Of a DNA stretch of 64,000 bases, positions 1-16,533 are shown in pieces; the first letter of the stretch is position 1, and every line of letters starts with the position of its first letter. The notes below the pieces were generated by a model, which was not told where the DNA came from, made no database searches, and worked only from the letters and a program-made list of their open reading frames with translations. This DNA comes from Acidobacteriota bacterium (lineage in GTDB: Bacteria; Acidobacteriota; Terriglobia; Acidiferrales; UBA7541), in NCBI GenBank assembly GCA_021812285.1, contig JAKAOH010000003.1:1863-65862 (forward strand), in the 5' to 3' direction. A program made the position numbers and the translations under genes.

Positions 1-12
1 CACGTCCTGGCG

Positions 13-831
13 GTGCTTGCCGTGATCGGAGCGGCAACGCTGGGCGCCGCGCTGGCTTCCTACAGCCGAATGCTGCTGAAAGTGGCCAATTACAACGCGC
101 TGAGGAGCGAAGAGGGGCGGCTGCGCGAGAATTACATGCAACTCCAGGTGCAGGCGAAAGACACGCGCAAGCAGCTGAGTTCCTTGCAATCGCTGGCCAC
201 CGAAGTGGCGATGACGTATGGAATCATGCGCTGGCGGAATACGCCGTTCCGCGCGGTGCCGGACCCCAAGCCGAGCAAGGCGGGATTCGAAACCAGTCTC
301 GACCAGTTCCATTTCCTGATGCAAAACGCCAGCCTGGTATCCATGGTGGATACGAACGGGCTGCGATTGTTGCCGGGCCCGCTGCCGCTCCATTCCGCTC
401 TGGTGCCTTCGCTTTGGCCGGTGATCGGGCCGATCACGGCGAGCTTTGGCGAGCGGGAAGATCCCTTCACGGGTGAAGCGGCATTTCATCCGGGCGTCGA
501 CATCGGCGCGCCGTATGGGTCGCCAGTGCGCGTGACCGCGGACGGGGTGGTGGCTTACGTGGGATGGGAAGAGGGTTACGGCCGTCTGGTGGTGGTGGAC
601 CACGGATTCGGAATTTCGACGTATTACGCGCACCTTTCCGCGTTCAATACGGAAGAGGGAGCGCGCGTGGATCGCGGCGAGGTGATCGCGTACGTTGGCG
701 ATAGCGGGCGTTCGACCGGGCCCCACTTGCATTATGAAGTGCGGATCAACAACACTCCGGTGAATCCCTGGCGGTTTCTGCGGTCGACGATGGCGGCGAG
801 CCTAGCGGAAAACGAAACGCCGGGCAACTGA
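13..831 (+). CDS. M23/LytM-family metallopeptidase with N-terminal membrane anchor and coiled coil; start may lie upstream of the window
   Basis: The ORF carries HPGVDIGAPYGSPV and GDSGRSTGPHLHYEV, the paired metal-binding motifs of M23 peptidases. It has a hydrophobic N-terminus. Codons 1-12 are in frame with no stop, so the gene may be 5'-partial. Confidence 0.85.
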   Translation: MLAVIGAATLGAALASYSRMLLKVANYNALRSEEGRLRENYMQLQVQAKDTRKQLSSLQSLATEVAMTYGIMRWRNTPFRAVPDPKPSKAGFETSLDQFHFLMQNASLVSMVDTNGLRLLPGPLPLHSALVPSLWPVIGPITASFGEREDPFTGEAAFHPGVDIGAPYGSPVRVTADGVVAYVGWEEGYGRLVVVDHGFGISTYYAHLSAFNTEEGARVDRGEVIAYVGDSGRSTGPHLHYEVRINNTPVNPWRFLRSTMAASLAENETPGN

Positions 832-1067
832 CGGATTCCCGAAAAGCGCTTCGGAAAAAGAGCGTGGGCGCAGGCGCATGGCCGGGGCGGAACGGTTGCC
901 CGGAGCGCGAACGCCGGGCGGAAAAGCGGCGAAAAGGCCTGAAAAAGAGCGTTTTTCGCGATTTGGGAAGCGGTTTTCGCACCCTGTTTTTCAGGGCACG
1001 CAGGGGCGAGCCGGAGGTGTTGCAAAGGCGGCGAGCGCCGTGGTACCCTTATGCTGTTTTGGTCTGT

Positions 1068-1140
1068 GCTGGCGTAGCTCAGTCGGTAGAGCATCTGATT
1101 TGTAATCAGAGGGTCGGGGGTTCAAATCCCTCCGCCAGCT
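1068..1140 (+). tRNA. tRNA-Thr (anticodon TGT)
   Basis: Cloverleaf read by eye: acceptor GCTGGCG/CGCCAGC, anticodon stem TCTGA/TCAGA with loop TTTGTAA, T-loop GGTTCAAATCC. No CCA is encoded. Confidence 0.9.
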
Positions 1141-1276
1141 GAGTAGGGCAAAGCGAGAAGGGCGCGGCTGCGGTTTTGTGCCTCTGGCTTACAAGTTTCC
1201 AGCGAACTTGAGGACGCCGAGCAGCCAAGGTGTCTTCCCGCCACGGGACGAAGGTCTGATCTGTGTCCCCGAGCCC

Positions 1277-1365
1277 GGACGGGTGGGTGAGTGGCTAAAA
1301 CCAGCAGACTGTAAATCTGCCGCCCCTTGCGGGCTACGGAGGTTCGAATCCTCCCCCGTCCACCA
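1277..1365 (+). tRNA. tRNA-Tyr (anticodon GTA), long variable arm, CCA encoded
   Basis: Acceptor GGACGGG/CCCGTCC, anticodon stem GCAGA/TCTGC with loop CTGTAAA, T-loop GGTTCGAATCC, then ACCA. Confidence 0.9.
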
Positions 1366-1519
1366 TGCTGAAAAGGCGCGGCACCGGGCGCGCTGCCGAG
1401 AAACCCAGGGAGGATTTCCGAAGGCCATCGCGGAGCGGGAACGGAAACCGGGCGAAAGAAAGGCCCGAACAGAGCAGTTGCGCGTTTGCCGCGGCGGCGA
1501 AGAGGCCGCAAGGCGCCGG

Positions 1520-1595
<76 letters not shown>

Positions 1596-1610
1596 GATTC
1601 GCGGGCGGGT

Positions 1611-1685
1611 GCGGGGGTAACTCAGCGGTAGAGTCTCGGCCTTCCAAGCCGATGGTCGCGGGTTCGAATCCCGTCCCCCGCTCCA
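1611..1685 (+). tRNA. tRNA-Gly (anticodon TCC), CCA encoded
   Basis: Acceptor GCGGGGG/CCCCCGC, anticodon stem TCGGC/GCCGA with loop CTTCCAA, T-loop GGTTCGAATCC. Confidence 0.9.
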
Positions 1686-1724
1686 AACCGGCGGAGGACG
1701 GAACGAGGAAGCGGTGACAGGGCA

Positions 1725-1874
1725 ATGAGAGAAATCATCACGCTGCAATGCGGCGAATGCAAAAACCGGAATTACACGACGATGAAGAACCGGAAAAAGC
1801 ATCAGGACCGGCTGGAAACGAAGAAATTCTGTCCCGCGTGCCGGCGCCACACGGCGCACCGCGAGGTGAAATAA
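1725..1874 (+). CDS. rpmG: 50S ribosomal protein L33
   Basis: This 49-aa ORF is below the ORF-track cutoff and was translated by eye: [49 protein letters not shown]. It has the CxxC...CxxC L33 pattern and sits in the usual position ahead of tRNA-Trp/secE/nusG. Confidence 0.9.
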   Translation: MREIITLQCGECKNRNYTTMKNRKKHQDRLETKKFCPACRRHTAHREVK

Positions 1875-1929
1875 GAGCGCAGGAGACGGTTTGGAGCATG
1901 CGCTCCCGAGCGGAGCGCGAGAGCGACGA

Positions 1930-2004
1930 AGGGGAGTAGGTTCAACGGCAGACCGCCGGTCTCCAAAACCGGATGTGGGGGTTCGAATCCCTCCTCCCCT
2001 GCCA
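1930..2004 (+). tRNA. tRNA-Trp (anticodon CCA), CCA encoded
   Basis: Acceptor AGGGGAG/CTCCCCT, anticodon stem CCGGT/ACCGG with loop CTCCAAA, T-loop GGTTCGAATCC. Confidence 0.9.
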
Positions 2005-2047
2005 GTTTCGGCGGCGGGAGCCGTAAGGTGGAGGCGGAGCGCGGTAG

Positions 2048-2332
2048 ATGGCGCAGGCAACCAGGGTGCGAGAAGAGCAGATAGCGCGATCGGGTGGAAT
2101 GGAAGCGCCGGGATTCGTGAGCCGGGTGCGCGAGTGGCCCCGGCGCGCGCGTCAGTTTCTGCACGAGACGCGGAACCAGTTGCGTTTGGTGACGTGGCCG
2201 ACCGGACGCGAGGTCTATTCGACGACGATCGTGGTGGTGGTGACGGTGGCATTTTTCGCTCTTTTTTTCTGGATCACGGACAGCACGTTCAGCTACGCGA
2301 GCCAATGGGTGCTCGGGCACTTCAAACACTGA
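2048..2332 (+). CDS. secE: preprotein translocase subunit SecE
   Basis: Single C-terminal TM helix (TTIVVVVTVAFFALFFWI) preceded by FLHETRNQLRLVTWPTGREV, typical of SecE, and located immediately upstream of nusG. The start could be the internal Met at about 2099. Confidence 0.85.
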   Translation: MAQATRVREEQIARSGGMEAPGFVSRVREWPRRARQFLHETRNQLRLVTWPTGREVYSTTIVVVVTVAFFALFFWITDSTFSYASQWVLGHFKH

Positions 2333-2350
2333 GGAAACAGGGCCGACGGA

Positions 2351-2884
2351 ATGGCGAAGCAGTGGTACATCATTCACACCTATAGCGGCTTCGAACGGAA
2401 GGTGAAGGAGAGCCTGGAAAGCCGCGCGCGGGCGTTCGGTTTGGACGAGCGGATCAGCCAGGTGGCGATTCCCACCGAGGAAGTGGTGGAAGTGCGCGGA
2501 GGGAAGAAAGTCACCTCGACCCGGCTCTGCTATCCCGGCTACGTGCTGGTGGAAGTGGACATGGACGACCACACGTGGCACGTGGTGCGGTCGACGCCCT
2601 GGGTAACCGGCTTCGTGGGGTCGGGACAGACGCCGACGCCGCTGAGCGAAGAGGAAGTGCAGAACATTTTGTTCCGCGCGGCGACCACCACCGAGAAGCC
2701 GCGGCCGAAGCTGACGTTCGACCGCAACGAGCAGGTTCGGATCATCGAAGGCCCGTTCGCGAACTTCACCGGAGTGGTGGAAGAGGTGAATGCGGACCGG
2801 AGCACGCTGAAGGTTTCGGTGACGATTTTCGGGCGCTCGACGCCGGTGGAGCTGGATTTCGGACAGGTGGAAAAGATCGCCTGA
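2351..2884 (+). CDS. nusG: transcription termination/antitermination factor NusG
   Basis: N-terminus [18 protein letters not shown] and a C-terminal KOW-like segment ([18 protein letters not shown]); secE-nusG-rplK synteny. Confidence 0.95.
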   Translation: MAKQWYIIHTYSGFERKVKESLESRARAFGLDERISQVAIPTEEVVEVRGGKKVTSTRLCYPGYVLVEVDMDDHTWHVVRSTPWVTGFVGSGQTPTPLSEEEVQNILFRAATTTEKPRPKLTFDRNEQVRIIEGPFANFTGVVEEVNADRSTLKVSVTIFGRSTPVELDFGQVEKIA

Positions 2885-2924
2885 AGCGGCGGCAGGCAAG
2901 GCAAGGGATTCGAAGGGAGCGGCA

Positions 2925-3371
2925 ATGGCGGCACCAGCTGGAAAAGGGAAGAAAGTGGCGGCGCAGGTGAAGCTGCAGCTGCCCGCGGCGAAGGCGACGC
3001 CGGCGCCTCCGGTGGGCACGATGCTCGGACCGCACGGCGTCAACATCATGGAATTCTGCAAGCAATTCAACGCGCGGACGGCCAAGGAGCCAGACGGGAT
3101 GATCATCCCGGTGCTGATCACGATTTTCAGCGACCGGTCGTTCACGTTCATCCAGAAGACGCCGCCGGCGGCCGAGCTGCTGAAGCGGGCGGCTACGATC
3201 GCGAAAGGATCGGCCGAGCCGAACCGCTCGAAGGTAGGCAAGGTGACGCGCAAGCAGGTGGAAGAGATCGCGCGGATCAAGCTGCCGGACCTGAATACGA
3301 CGCGGCTGGAATCGGCGATACGGACGGTGGAAGGCACGGCGCGGAACATGGGCATCGAGGTGGAGGGTTAG
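2925..3371 (+). CDS. rplK: 50S ribosomal protein L11
   Basis: Contains [28 protein letters not shown], the conserved L11 core; synteny supports the call. Confidence 0.95.
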   Translation: MAAPAGKGKKVAAQVKLQLPAAKATPAPPVGTMLGPHGVNIMEFCKQFNARTAKEPDGMIIPVLITIFSDRSFTFIQKTPPAAELLKRAATIAKGSAEPNRSKVGKVTRKQVEEIARIKLPDLNTTRLESAIRTVEGTARNMGIEVEG

Positions 3372-3375
3372 CGCG

Positions 3376-4089
<714 letters not shown>

Positions 4090-4098
4090 GGAGCGCCG

Positions 4099-4623
4099 AT
4101 GAAGACGCGGAAACAGAAAGTCGAAGACGCCGGCAAACTGCACGAGGAATTGGCCGTGGTTTCCACGGTGATTCTGAGCACGTTCCAGGGCGTGAACGCC
4201 GAGCAGGAGACGCGGCTGCGGCGGGCCGTGGAATCGGCCGGCGGCCGGTACCGCGTGGTGAAGAATTCCGTGGCCCAGCGCGCGTCGGAAGGCACGACGG
4301 CGGAAGCGCTGCTGAAGGGGCTGGCCGGAGCCAATTCGATTTCCTACACGGCGACCGATCCGGTTGCGTTCGCGAAGGCGCTGACGAAGCTGGCGAAGGA
4401 CATTCCGGCACTCCAGTTCAGGGCGGGAGTGGTGGAGGGCCGCGTGGTGTCGGTGGACGAGCTGGTAGCGCTGGCGTCGCTCGCGTCGAAGGAAGAGCTG
4501 ATCAGCAAGGTGATGATGCTGATTCAGAGTTCGGCGTCGCGGATGGCGCGGGCGATGGCGGGAACGGCGCGGAATCTGGCCGTTGTCACGAACGAAGCGG
4601 CCAAAGCGGAAAAATTTGCCTAA
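4099..4623 (+). CDS. rplJ: 50S ribosomal protein L10
   Basis: 174 aa, located between rplA and rplL, with an L10-like profile ([23 protein letters not shown]). Confidence 0.9.
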   Translation: MKTRKQKVEDAGKLHEELAVVSTVILSTFQGVNAEQETRLRRAVESAGGRYRVVKNSVAQRASEGTTAEALLKGLAGANSISYTATDPVAFAKALTKLAKDIPALQFRAGVVEGRVVSVDELVALASLASKEELISKVMMLIQSSASRMARAMAGTARNLAVVTNEAAKAEKFA

Positions 4624-4642
4624 TCTAGAAGGAGAAGCAGAG

Positions 4643-5029
4643 ATGGCGAGCAAGGTGGAAGCGATTCTGGACGAGATCAAGGGGCTCACGCTGCTCGAGG
4701 CCGCCGAACTGGTGAAGAAGATGGAAGAGGCGTTCGGCGTATCGGCGGCGGCTGCGGCACCGGTGATGGTTGCCGGTGGCGCGGCGTCGGCGGGGGGAGC
4801 AGCGCCGGCGGAGGAAAAGACCGAGTTTAACGTGGTCCTCTCGGACGTTGGTCCCAACAAGATCAACGTGATCAAGGTGGTACGCGAAGTCACCAGCCTC
4901 GGGCTCAAAGAAGCCAAGGACCTGGTGGATGGCGCGCCGAAGCCGGTGAAGGAAGCCGTGGGCAAAGAAGAAGCCGAGAGCATCAAGAAGAAGTTTGAAG
5001 AGGCTGGAGCCAAGGTCGAGATCAAGTAA
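4643..5029 (+). CDS. rplL: 50S ribosomal protein L7/L12
   Basis: The ATG at 4643 follows GGAGAAG, whereas the ORF-track start at 4583 overlaps rplJ. The 128-aa product has an Ala-rich hinge and the conserved C-terminus [29 protein letters not shown]. Confidence 0.95.
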   Translation: MASKVEAILDEIKGLTLLEAAELVKKMEEAFGVSAAAAAPVMVAGGAASAGGAAPAEEKTEFNVVLSDVGPNKINVIKVVREVTSLGLKEAKDLVDGAPKPVKEAVGKEEAESIKKKFEEAGAKVEIK

Positions 5030-5061
5030 ACGACGTTCGTCCCGCAGCGTAATTTTCCGCG

Positions 5062-5099
5062 GGCGTTCCGGGGACGGGTGTGCCCCGGAACGCCTTTTT
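5062..5099 (+). terminator. rplL-rpoB intergenic hairpin plus T-tract (attenuator/terminator)
   Basis: Perfect 12-bp stem GGCGTTCCGGGG / CCCCGGAACGCC with a 9-nt loop, followed by TTTTT. It sits where partial termination between rplL and rpoB is known from other bacteria. Confidence 0.7.
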
Positions 5100-5149
5100 G
5101 CCCGGTATGCCACCCGCGTCACCGCAGAGCGGTCTGAGGGAAGGGAGCC

Positions 5150-9589
<4,440 letters not shown>

Positions 9590-9640
9590 GCCGCGGGGAA
9601 CGGATTCATTCCCGGAATACCGGGACGGGAGGGTGATACC

Positions 9641-12600
9641 TTGTACCGCAGCAGCCCTTATGACCGTGCGAATCAGATTGCCGATTTCGATTCGATCCGG
9701 ATTTCGCTGGCGAGCCCGGAGAAAATTCGCTCCTGGTCGCACGGCGAAGTGACGAAGCCGGAAACGATCAACTACCGCACTTTCAAGCCGGAGCGCGACG
9801 GCCTGTTCTGCGCCCGGATTTTCGGGCCGATCGCCGACTGGGAGTGCTTGTGCGGCAAGTACAAGCGGATGAAGCACCGCGGAGTGATCTGCGACAAGTG
9901 CGGCGTGGAAGTGACGCTGAGCAAGGTGCGGCGCGAGCGCCTGGGCCACATCGAGCTCGCCTCGCCCTGTTCGCACGTCTGGTTCTTCAAGGGCGTGCCG
10001 AGCCGGATCGGATACCTGCTCGACATTTCCATGCGCGACCTCGAGCGCATCCTCTACTTCGAAACGTACGTCACCGTGGAAGCGGGCGAAGCGCCGCTGA
10101 AGGACCGCGAACTCGTCGACGAGCAGAAATACCGCGAATTGCAGCGCGATTTCCCCGGCCGCTTCCGCGCGGGCATGGGCGCCGAAGCCATCAAGGAACT
10201 GCTGCGGCAGGTGGATATCGAGAAGCTGAGCGAAGAACTCCGCGAAAAGATGAAGGCCGATCCGAGCTTGCAGAAGCGGATCAAATACGCCAAGCGCCTG
10301 AAGGTGCTCGAAGCGTTTCGCAAGAGCGGCAACAAGCCGGAATGGATGATTCTGGACGTGATCCCCGTGCTGCCGCCCGAGCTGCGGCCGCTCGTGCCGC
10401 TGGACGGCGGCCGCTTCGCCACGTCGGACCTGAACGACCTTTACCGGCGCGTGATCAACCGCAACAACCGGCTTAAGAAGCTGATGGAGCTGCACGCTCC
10501 CGACGTGATCGTGCGGAACGAAAAGCGCATGCTCCAGGAAGCGGTTGACGCGCTGTTCGACAACGGCCGGCGCGGGCGCGTGCTCCGCGGCACGAACAAC
10601 CGGCCGCTGAAGTCGCTTTCCGACGCGCTGAAAGGCAAGCAGGGCCGTTTCCGGCAGAACCTGCTCGGCAAGCGCGTGGACTATTCGGGCCGCTCGGTGA
10701 TCGTGGTCGGGCCGGAACTGAAACTGCACCAGTGCGGCCTGCCGAAGCGCATGGCGCTCGAACTGTTCAAGCCGTTCATCTACCACAAGCTCGAAGCCGC
10801 CGGGCACTGCACGACGATCAAGCAGGCCAAGGAAACCGTGGAGCGGCAGGAGCCGGTGGTTTGGGACATTCTCGAAGACGTGACGCGAGAGCACCCGGTG
10901 CTGCTGAACCGCGCGCCCACGCTGCACCGGCTGGGCATTCAGGCGTTCGAGCCGGTCCTGATCGAAGGCAAAGCGATCCGGATCCATCCGCTCGTCTGCC
11001 CGGCGTTCAACGCCGATTTCGACGGCGACCAGATGGCCGTGCACATCCCTCTATCGCCGGAAGCGCAGATCGAAGCGCACGTGCTGATGCTGAGCGCCAA
11101 CAATATTCTATCGCCGGCGAACGGCATGCCGCTCGCGGTGCCGACGCAGGACATGGTGCTCGGCCTTTACTATCTGACGAAGGCGAAGCCGGGATCGAAG
11201 GGCGAAGGCCGCGCCTTCGCGACAACCGAGGACGTGGTGCTGGCGCTCGAAGCGGGCCAAGTCGAGCTGCTGACGCCCATTCGTTTCCGCTACACCGGCG
11301 ACGTCATCGACCTGACGACGGCGTTCGACGACCAGGACGTGCTCCACACGGACACGATTCACGTGGACCGGCAGTTCCTGAACACCACCGTCGGCCGCGT
11401 GATTTTCAACGACCACCTGCCGAAAGACATGCCGTTTATCAACGGCCTGCTGAAGAAAAAGGGTGCGCAGATGCTGGTGCAGTACGGCTATCTGCGCTTC
11501 GGGCTGGAAATGACGGTTCGCATGCTCGACGAGCTGAAGGCGCTGGGTTTCCAGTACGCCACGCGGTCGGGAATTTCCATCGGGATCGACGACATGGTCA
11601 TACCGGCCGATAAGCCGCGTCTGGTCGGCTCGGCCGAACGCGAAGTGGTGAAGGTGCAGCAGCAATACCTGGACGGCGCGATCACCAACGGCGAACGGTA
11701 CAACAAGGTGACGGCGATCTGGGGCGAGGTCACCGAGCGCGTGGCCGACGAGATGTTCAAGGCCATGGAAGAGCAGGACAAGCAAGGCGCGATCAACCCC
11801 ATCTTCGTGATGGCCGATTCCGGCGCCCGCGGGTCGAAACAGCAGATTCGCCAGCTTTCCGGAATGCGCGGCTTGATGGCGAAGCCCTCGGGCGAAATCA
11901 TCGAGACGCCGATCACCTCGAACTTCCGCGAAGGCCTGACCGTGCTGCAATACTTCATTTCGACCCACGGCGCGCGCAAGGGGCTGGCGGATACCGCGCT
12001 CAAGACGGCCGATTCCGGCTACCTGACGCGGCGCCTGGTGGACGTGGCCCAGGACGTGATCATTGCCGAAAAAGATTGCGGCACCGCCGACGGAATCGTG
12101 GTGGAACCGCTGCTGGAAGCGGGGGTGGAAGTGGAACCGCTGCGCGACCGCGTGGTGGGCCGCGTTTCGCTCGAGCGCATCCGCGATTACGAAGGCAACG
12201 TGATTGTGGATGTCAACCAGGAAATCAGCGAGGAACTTGCGAACGCCATTCAGGACGCCGGCATCGAGCGGGTGAAAATTCGTTCGGTGCTGACGTGCGA
12301 ATCGCGGCGGGGCGCCTGCGAGTTTTGCTACGGGCGCAACCTGGCCACCGGCCGCATGGCCGAATTGGGCGAAGCGGTGGGCGTGATCGCGGCGCAATCG
12401 ATCGGCGAGCCGGGCACGCAGCTGACGATGCGGACCTTCCACATCGGCGGCGCGGCGACCCGGGTCGGCGAACAATCCAAGATCGAAGCGCGCAGCACGG
12501 GTTTCGCGCGATTCATCGAATTGAACGTGGTGGAAGGCCGCGCCAAGGCGCTGATCGCCATGAACCGGTCCGGCGTGGTCGCGATCGTGGATGAGAAGGG

Positions 12601-13819
12601 ACGCGAAAAGGAACGCCACCACGTCGTTTACGGCGCCCGGCTCAAGGTTCGCGACGGCGATCCGGTGCAGACGGGCCAGACGCTGGTTGAATGGGATCCG
12701 TACACGTTCTCGATCCTCACCGAGACCGGCGGCACGGTGCAGTTCAAGGACCTGGTGGCCGGACTGACGATCGAGGAGCAAGTGGACGAGGTCACCGGCC
12801 TGGCGCAGCTCGTGGTGACGCTGCCGCCCGGCGACGAAAAGCACCAACCGATGATTCAGGTGCGCGACTCGAGCGGCAAGGCGAAAAAGAAATACCTGAT
12901 GCCGTCGCGCGCGCACTTGATGGTGGCCGACGGCGACGAAGTCGCTCCCGGCGACATCCTGGCGAAAATCCCGCGCGAAACCACGCGCACCAAGGACATC
13001 ACCGGCGGCTTGCCGCGCGTCACAGAACTTTTCGAAACGCGTCGTCCGCGGGATTCCGCCGTCATCAGCGAAATCGACGGCGTCGTCAAGTACGGCGAAA
13101 TTTCCAAGGGCGCGCGGAAAATCTACGTCCAGAGCGAGGACGGAAAAACCACCAAGGAATACGCCATTCCGCGCGGCGTCCACATCAACGTGCAGGAAGG
13201 CGAGCGCGTGCGCGCCGGCGAGCCGCTGATCGACGGCCCGCTCAACCCGCACGACCTGCTGGCCGTGCTCGGCGAAAAGTTCACCCAGGCCTACCTCGTG
13301 AACGCGATTCAGGAGGTGTACCGGCTGCAGGGCGTGAACATCAACGACAAGCACATCGAAACGATCGTGCGGCAGATGATGCGCTGGGTGAAAGTGGAGG
13401 AAGTGGGCGACACCAGTTTCCTGCTCGACGAACAGGTGGATAAATTCCGTTTCCGCGAGGAAAACGAGCGCGCCATCCAGGAAGGCGGGCGTCCGGCGAC
13501 CGGGCGGCCGCTCCTGCTGGGCATCACCAAGGCTTCGCTTTCGACCGATTCGTTCATTTCCGCCGCGAGCTTCCAGGAAACCACTCGCGTGCTCACCGAA
13601 GCGGCGATCGCGGGCAAGGTGGATTACCTGCGCGGGTTGAAGGAAAACGTGATCGTCGGACGCCTGATTCCGGCCGGCACCGGTTTCCATCACTACCGCG
13701 GCATCAAGCTGCTGACCGAAATTCCGAAGGAAGAAATCGTTCCCGCGGAGCTGACGCCGGAAGAAGCGGCTACGCTCGATTACCTGCGGAAGGACAGCGG
13801 CGCCGCCGCGGAAAGCTAG
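9641..13819 (+). CDS. rpoC: DNA-directed RNA polymerase subunit beta'
   Basis: TTG start. N-terminal zinc motif [23 protein letters not shown] and catalytic [12 protein letters not shown]; 1392 aa. Confidence 0.97.
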   Translation: MYRSSPYDRANQIADFDSIRISLASPEKIRSWSHGEVTKPETINYRTFKPERDGLFCARIFGPIADWECLCGKYKRMKHRGVICDKCGVEVTLSKVRRERLGHIELASPCSHVWFFKGVPSRIGYLLDISMRDLERILYFETYVTVEAGEAPLKDRELVDEQKYRELQRDFPGRFRAGMGAEAIKELLRQVDIEKLSEELREKMKADPSLQKRIKYAKRLKVLEAFRKSGNKPEWMILDVIPVLPPELRPLVPLDGGRFATSDLNDLYRRVINRNNRLKKLMELHAPDVIVRNEKRMLQEAVDALFDNGRRGRVLRGTNNRPLKSLSDALKGKQGRFRQNLLGKRVDYSGRSVIVVGPELKLHQCGLPKRMALELFKPFIYHKLEAAGHCTTIKQAKETVERQEPVVWDILEDVTREHPVLLNRAPTLHRLGIQAFEPVLIEGKAIRIHPLVCPAFNADFDGDQMAVHIPLSPEAQIEAHVLMLSANNILSPANGMPLAVPTQDMVLGLYYLTKAKPGSKGEGRAFATTEDVVLALEAGQVELLTPIRFRYTGDVIDLTTAFDDQDVLHTDTIHVDRQFLNTTVGRVIFNDHLPKDMPFINGLLKKKGAQMLVQYGYLRFGLEMTVRMLDELKALGFQYATRSGISIGIDDMVIPADKPRLVGSAEREVVKVQQQYLDGAITNGERYNKVTAIWGEVTERVADEMFKAMEEQDKQGAINPIFVMADSGARGSKQQIRQLSGMRGLMAKPSGEIIETPITSNFREGLTVLQYFISTHGARKGLADTALKTADSGYLTRRLVDVAQDVIIAEKDCGTADGIVVEPLLEAGVEVEPLRDRVVGRVSLERIRDYEGNVIVDVNQEISEELANAIQDAGIERVKIRSVLTCESRRGACEFCYGRNLATGRMAELGEAVGVIAAQSIGEPGTQLTMRTFHIGGAATRVGEQSKIEARSTGFARFIELNVVEGRAKALIAMNRSGVVAIVDEKGREKERHHVVYGARLKVRDGDPVQTGQTLVEWDPYTFSILTETGGTVQFKDLVAGLTIEEQVDEVTGLAQLVVTLPPGDEKHQPMIQVRDSSGKAKKKYLMPSRAHLMVADGDEVAPGDILAKIPRETTRTKDITGGLPRVTELFETRRPRDSAVISEIDGVVKYGEISKGARKIYVQSEDGKTTKEYAIPRGVHINVQEGERVRAGEPLIDGPLNPHDLLAVLGEKFTQAYLVNAIQEVYRLQGVNINDKHIETIVRQMMRWVKVEEVGDTSFLLDEQVDKFRFREENERAIQEGGRPATGRPLLLGITKASLSTDSFISAASFQETTRVLTEAAIAGKVDYLRGLKENVIVGRLIPAGTGFHHYRGIKLLTEIPKEEIVPAELTPEEAATLDYLRKDSGAAAES

Positions 13820-13844
13820 CCGCGGCAAAACCACGAAACCATTT

Positions 13845-13884
13845 GGCGGGAGGCGCGATTCGCGCTTGCCGCCATTTTCTTTTT
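13845..13884 (+). terminator. Rho-independent terminator after rpoC
   Basis: Nested hairpin GGCGG-GAG-GCGCG-ATT-CGCGC-TTG-CCGCC followed by ATTTTCTTTTT, 26 nt after the rpoC stop. Confidence 0.65.
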
Positions 13885-13892
13885 GCGCCTTT

Positions 13893-14720
13893 TCAGACGG
13901 ATCTCGATGACACAGCCTGAAGGGAAGAACAGGGACGAGCAACCTGTTTCTCCGGTTGATCGGGATCGTAAAATACCACCACAACGGAGCCCGCAAGGCA
14001 GCGCTTGGTTCCGTCGCGTCCGCTGCAGCGGTGTACCTTCCCAGCCCCGTCGCAAAAGTCATACCAGATTTTTCGATGTTTGCCCCTGCCGCCTTCCTCC
14101 GTTTGGAGAATTACGAGACCGAGAGCAGTTCTCCCCTGAATCTGTAAGCCCTTCTCCATTTTTGCGCGACGCGCCTCCTGTGCCAGAAGGGCCGTCATGA
14201 GGAGCCCGCCGAGTCCGGCGACAAGCCACGCGAATGTATCGCCCCTTTTGTTGGAAGCCGCGTTTGAAATGCCTACTTCTAGGACTGAAGCAAAGAACAA
14301 CGACACCGCGACGAGGCCGAGTGTCCTCGCGTGCGAGTTTCGGACGCAACGTGGTGGGGTGGGGTCCAGAAGCGGGCGATCGGAATCCGAGACCAAGGCA
14401 AGGAGGGCGTCGTGGGAGGGGAATGGCGCCTCCGGCGGAGCCGGTTGCGCAGCCGTGGAAAGGCCGCCGGGGGAGATCGTGCGGAAACGTCGCCGAAGCT
14501 TCCTAGAGAAATGCAAAACGCCCATCGCCGCCAGGGGGGACCAAACTGCGGCAGCGCCGTACCGGCCGAGCGTGAGCGAGACGATCGCGGCCAGCAGGAA
14601 AAAGGCATAGAAGTAATTGCCCCCGCAGGCATGCTCGGCGTCCGAGCGCTCCAAAACTTGGGGCTGGCGGTAAAGCAGATACCTCTCCACTTCGGCCATA
14701 CGTGCTCCGGATTCTATCAC
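13893..14720 (-). CDS. hypothetical multi-pass membrane protein with a DUF3592-like C-terminal domain (tentative)
   Basis: 275-aa ORF with several hydrophobic helices. The C-terminal segment GRTALGLVI...WYDF...GSVVVVFYDPDQPE resembles the DUF3592 pattern. The DNA is visibly lower in GC than the flanks, and the start is uncertain. Confidence 0.55.
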   Translation of the reverse strand: MIESGARMAEVERYLLYRQPQVLERSDAEHACGGNYFYAFFLLAAIVSLTLGRYGAAAVWSPLAAMGVLHFSRKLRRRFRTISPGGLSTAAQPAPPEAPFPSHDALLALVSDSDRPLLDPTPPRCVRNSHARTLGLVAVSLFFASVLEVGISNAASNKRGDTFAWLVAGLGGLLMTALLAQEARRAKMEKGLQIQGRTALGLVILQTEEGGRGKHRKIWYDFCDGAGKVHRCSGRDGTKRCLAGSVVVVFYDPDQPEKQVARPCSSLQAVSSRSV

Positions 14721-14925
14721 TCGAGTCAGCGCGTCGGCGTAGCTCTATGGCGACGGGACCCGCACCGGTCGGCGGAGACTGGATGATCACGCTCGAGCGG
14801 CATGCGATCGAGTGCTCTTTGGCGTTCGTGACTCGCCGGAGCCGCGGGCGTATACTTCTCGCCACAAAGCGTCTGAAGGTTTTTTCGATTCATTTCCGCT
14901 TTACACCTCAGTTGGAGGAGATTCC

Positions 14926-15324
14926 ATGCTCGGAAAACAGATTGGTGAAACGTCGGGAAAGAGAATCGTGCGGAGAGTGCTTTCCACGGATCCATTGAAA
15001 GTGGAAGTGTCTTTCGAGGAGAGCGGAAAAATATTGGGAGTGGCGACGAGCGGCTTCGCGACCTATCAGTCCGTGGTCGGAGCCGATGGTTTGCTGTACG
15101 GCGAAGGGCAAGGCACGGTGATTTCGGCGGAAGGAGACATGGCCACCTGGAAGGGTTCGGGGCGCGGGCAGCTGAAGGACAAGGGAGCGCTCAGCTATCG
15201 CGGCATTCTCTATTTTCAGACAACCGCGAAGAAGCTGGCGTCGTTGAACTCCGTGGCCGTTGTCTTCGAATACGACGTCGATCCGGAGGGAAAGACGAAC
15301 ACGAAAATGTGGGAATGGAAATAG
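14926..15324 (+). CDS. hypothetical 132-aa soluble protein
   Basis: The ATG at 14926 is preceded by GGAGGAG at proper spacing. The ORF-track start at 14812 adds 38 low-complexity codons. I recognise no family. Confidence 0.55.
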   Translation: MLGKQIGETSGKRIVRRVLSTDPLKVEVSFEESGKILGVATSGFATYQSVVGADGLLYGEGQGTVISAEGDMATWKGSGRGQLKDKGALSYRGILYFQTTAKKLASLNSVAVVFEYDVDPEGKTNTKMWEWK

Positions 15325-15350
15325 GGGCGGCCGAGCATCCGTTGCTTTCG

Positions 15351-15393
15351 TCGAGACTCGCGCGGGGGCTAGCAATGTCCGCGCGAGTCTCGA
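15351..15393. terminator. perfect 15-bp inverted repeat between convergent genes (putative bidirectional terminator)
   Basis: TCGAGACTCGCGCGG, a 13-nt loop, then CCGCGCGAGTCTCGA. It lies between the stops of 14926..15324 (+) and 15458..16393 (-). There is no strong T-tract. Confidence 0.45.
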
Positions 15394-15457
15394 TCGGCGG
15401 ATTGCATTTCGATTGTTTCGAGCTTTGGGGGAAAGGCGCGGGAGCGGCTGCGGAAAC

Positions 15458-16393
15458 CTACTTCTTCTTGTGTTTTTTGCCCTGCGGTTTCGCGTGCGGG
15501 CCGGCGATGCCGAAATCCCAAACGTACATGTCGATGCCCCGACCGGGATCCACTTCCGCGAGAACGTATTCGCCGGGAGAAAGATCCTGGTCCGCGGTGA
15601 TGCGATAGGTGTCGTTTTCGACCTGGTGCATCGTCGTCGGGATTTCGTCGGCCTTGGTCTGCTTCGCGCCGAAATAGACACTGCGCACCTCGATGTTGCG
15701 GCGCTTGCCGTGAATGACGGCTTGAATCAGGCGAAAATGCGGGCGCAGGCGGCTCGAGGTGCGATAGAAGAAAACGGGCTCGGGGCTGGCGATGCGGGTT
15801 TTCGCATGTTTGCCGGCAAGGGAAACCGTGTAGGTTTTCGCGAGCACGGGAACGGGCACGACGAGCGTGGCCAGGAAGCGCCCTTTGTTCAGATTCAGTT
15901 TGGCGAGATCGGTGGTGAGTTTCAGGATCGAGCCGCCGTTGTAGGCGAACATGCCTTGTCCTGGCGGCAACAGCACGCCGATGGGCAGCCCCAGGCCAGG
16001 ACCCACGTCATACTGCTCCGGATGCGCTTCGATATCCACGTCGCGAGCCAGGCGCATCGCCTTTTTTTCGGTGGCGTTGGGAGCGCCGGCGGCCTTTCGC
16101 GTCGCCGGCCAGTTCACGAGACTCGATGGAATTTCTTCCCATTCCGAACGCTCGACGCTGTAGTAACGGACGCGATCGCCAACGATCTGATATTTGCTGA
16201 TGAGCAGGTAGGTGCCGTCTTTCAGAATGAGTTTCTGGCCGCGAACGCCTTCCGCGCTTTCGACGCTTTTCGCCGGAGGTTGGGCGGAAGCAGGTTTCGA
16301 TTGCGCGGCGAGCGGCAGTGAGAAAAGCAGGAAGACGAACGGAACGGCAAGGACCGCGTTCCGCAGGACGGGAAGATTCTCCCCCATTTTCAA
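15458..16393 (-). CDS. hypothetical secreted protein (signal peptide, Lys-rich C-terminus)
   Basis: 311-aa ORF with a signal-peptide-like N-terminus (AVLAVPFVFLLFSLPLAAQS) and G/C-rich third codon positions. I recognise no family. Confidence 0.6.
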   Translation of the reverse strand: MKMGENLPVLRNAVLAVPFVFLLFSLPLAAQSKPASAQPPAKSVESAEGVRGQKLILKDGTYLLISKYQIVGDRVRYYSVERSEWEEIPSSLVNWPATRKAAGAPNATEKKAMRLARDVDIEAHPEQYDVGPGLGLPIGVLLPPGQGMFAYNGGSILKLTTDLAKLNLNKGRFLATLVVPVPVLAKTYTVSLAGKHAKTRIASPEPVFFYRTSSRLRPHFRLIQAVIHGKRRNIEVRSVYFGAKQTKADEIPTTMHQVENDTYRITADQDLSPGEYVLAEVDPGRGIDMYVWDFGIAGPHAKPQGKKHKKK

Positions 16394-16533
16394 CGGAATC
16401 CTCGTTGGCGCGGCTTCCGCGCGACCGTTCGCCGCACCACGCTACTTAGCATAAAGCCGAGTGGCGCCTGCGGGCAACGCAAGGCAAGGAACCGAACCAG
16501 GGCGCGCGGCAATGCGTGCGGAGGCCGCGCGAA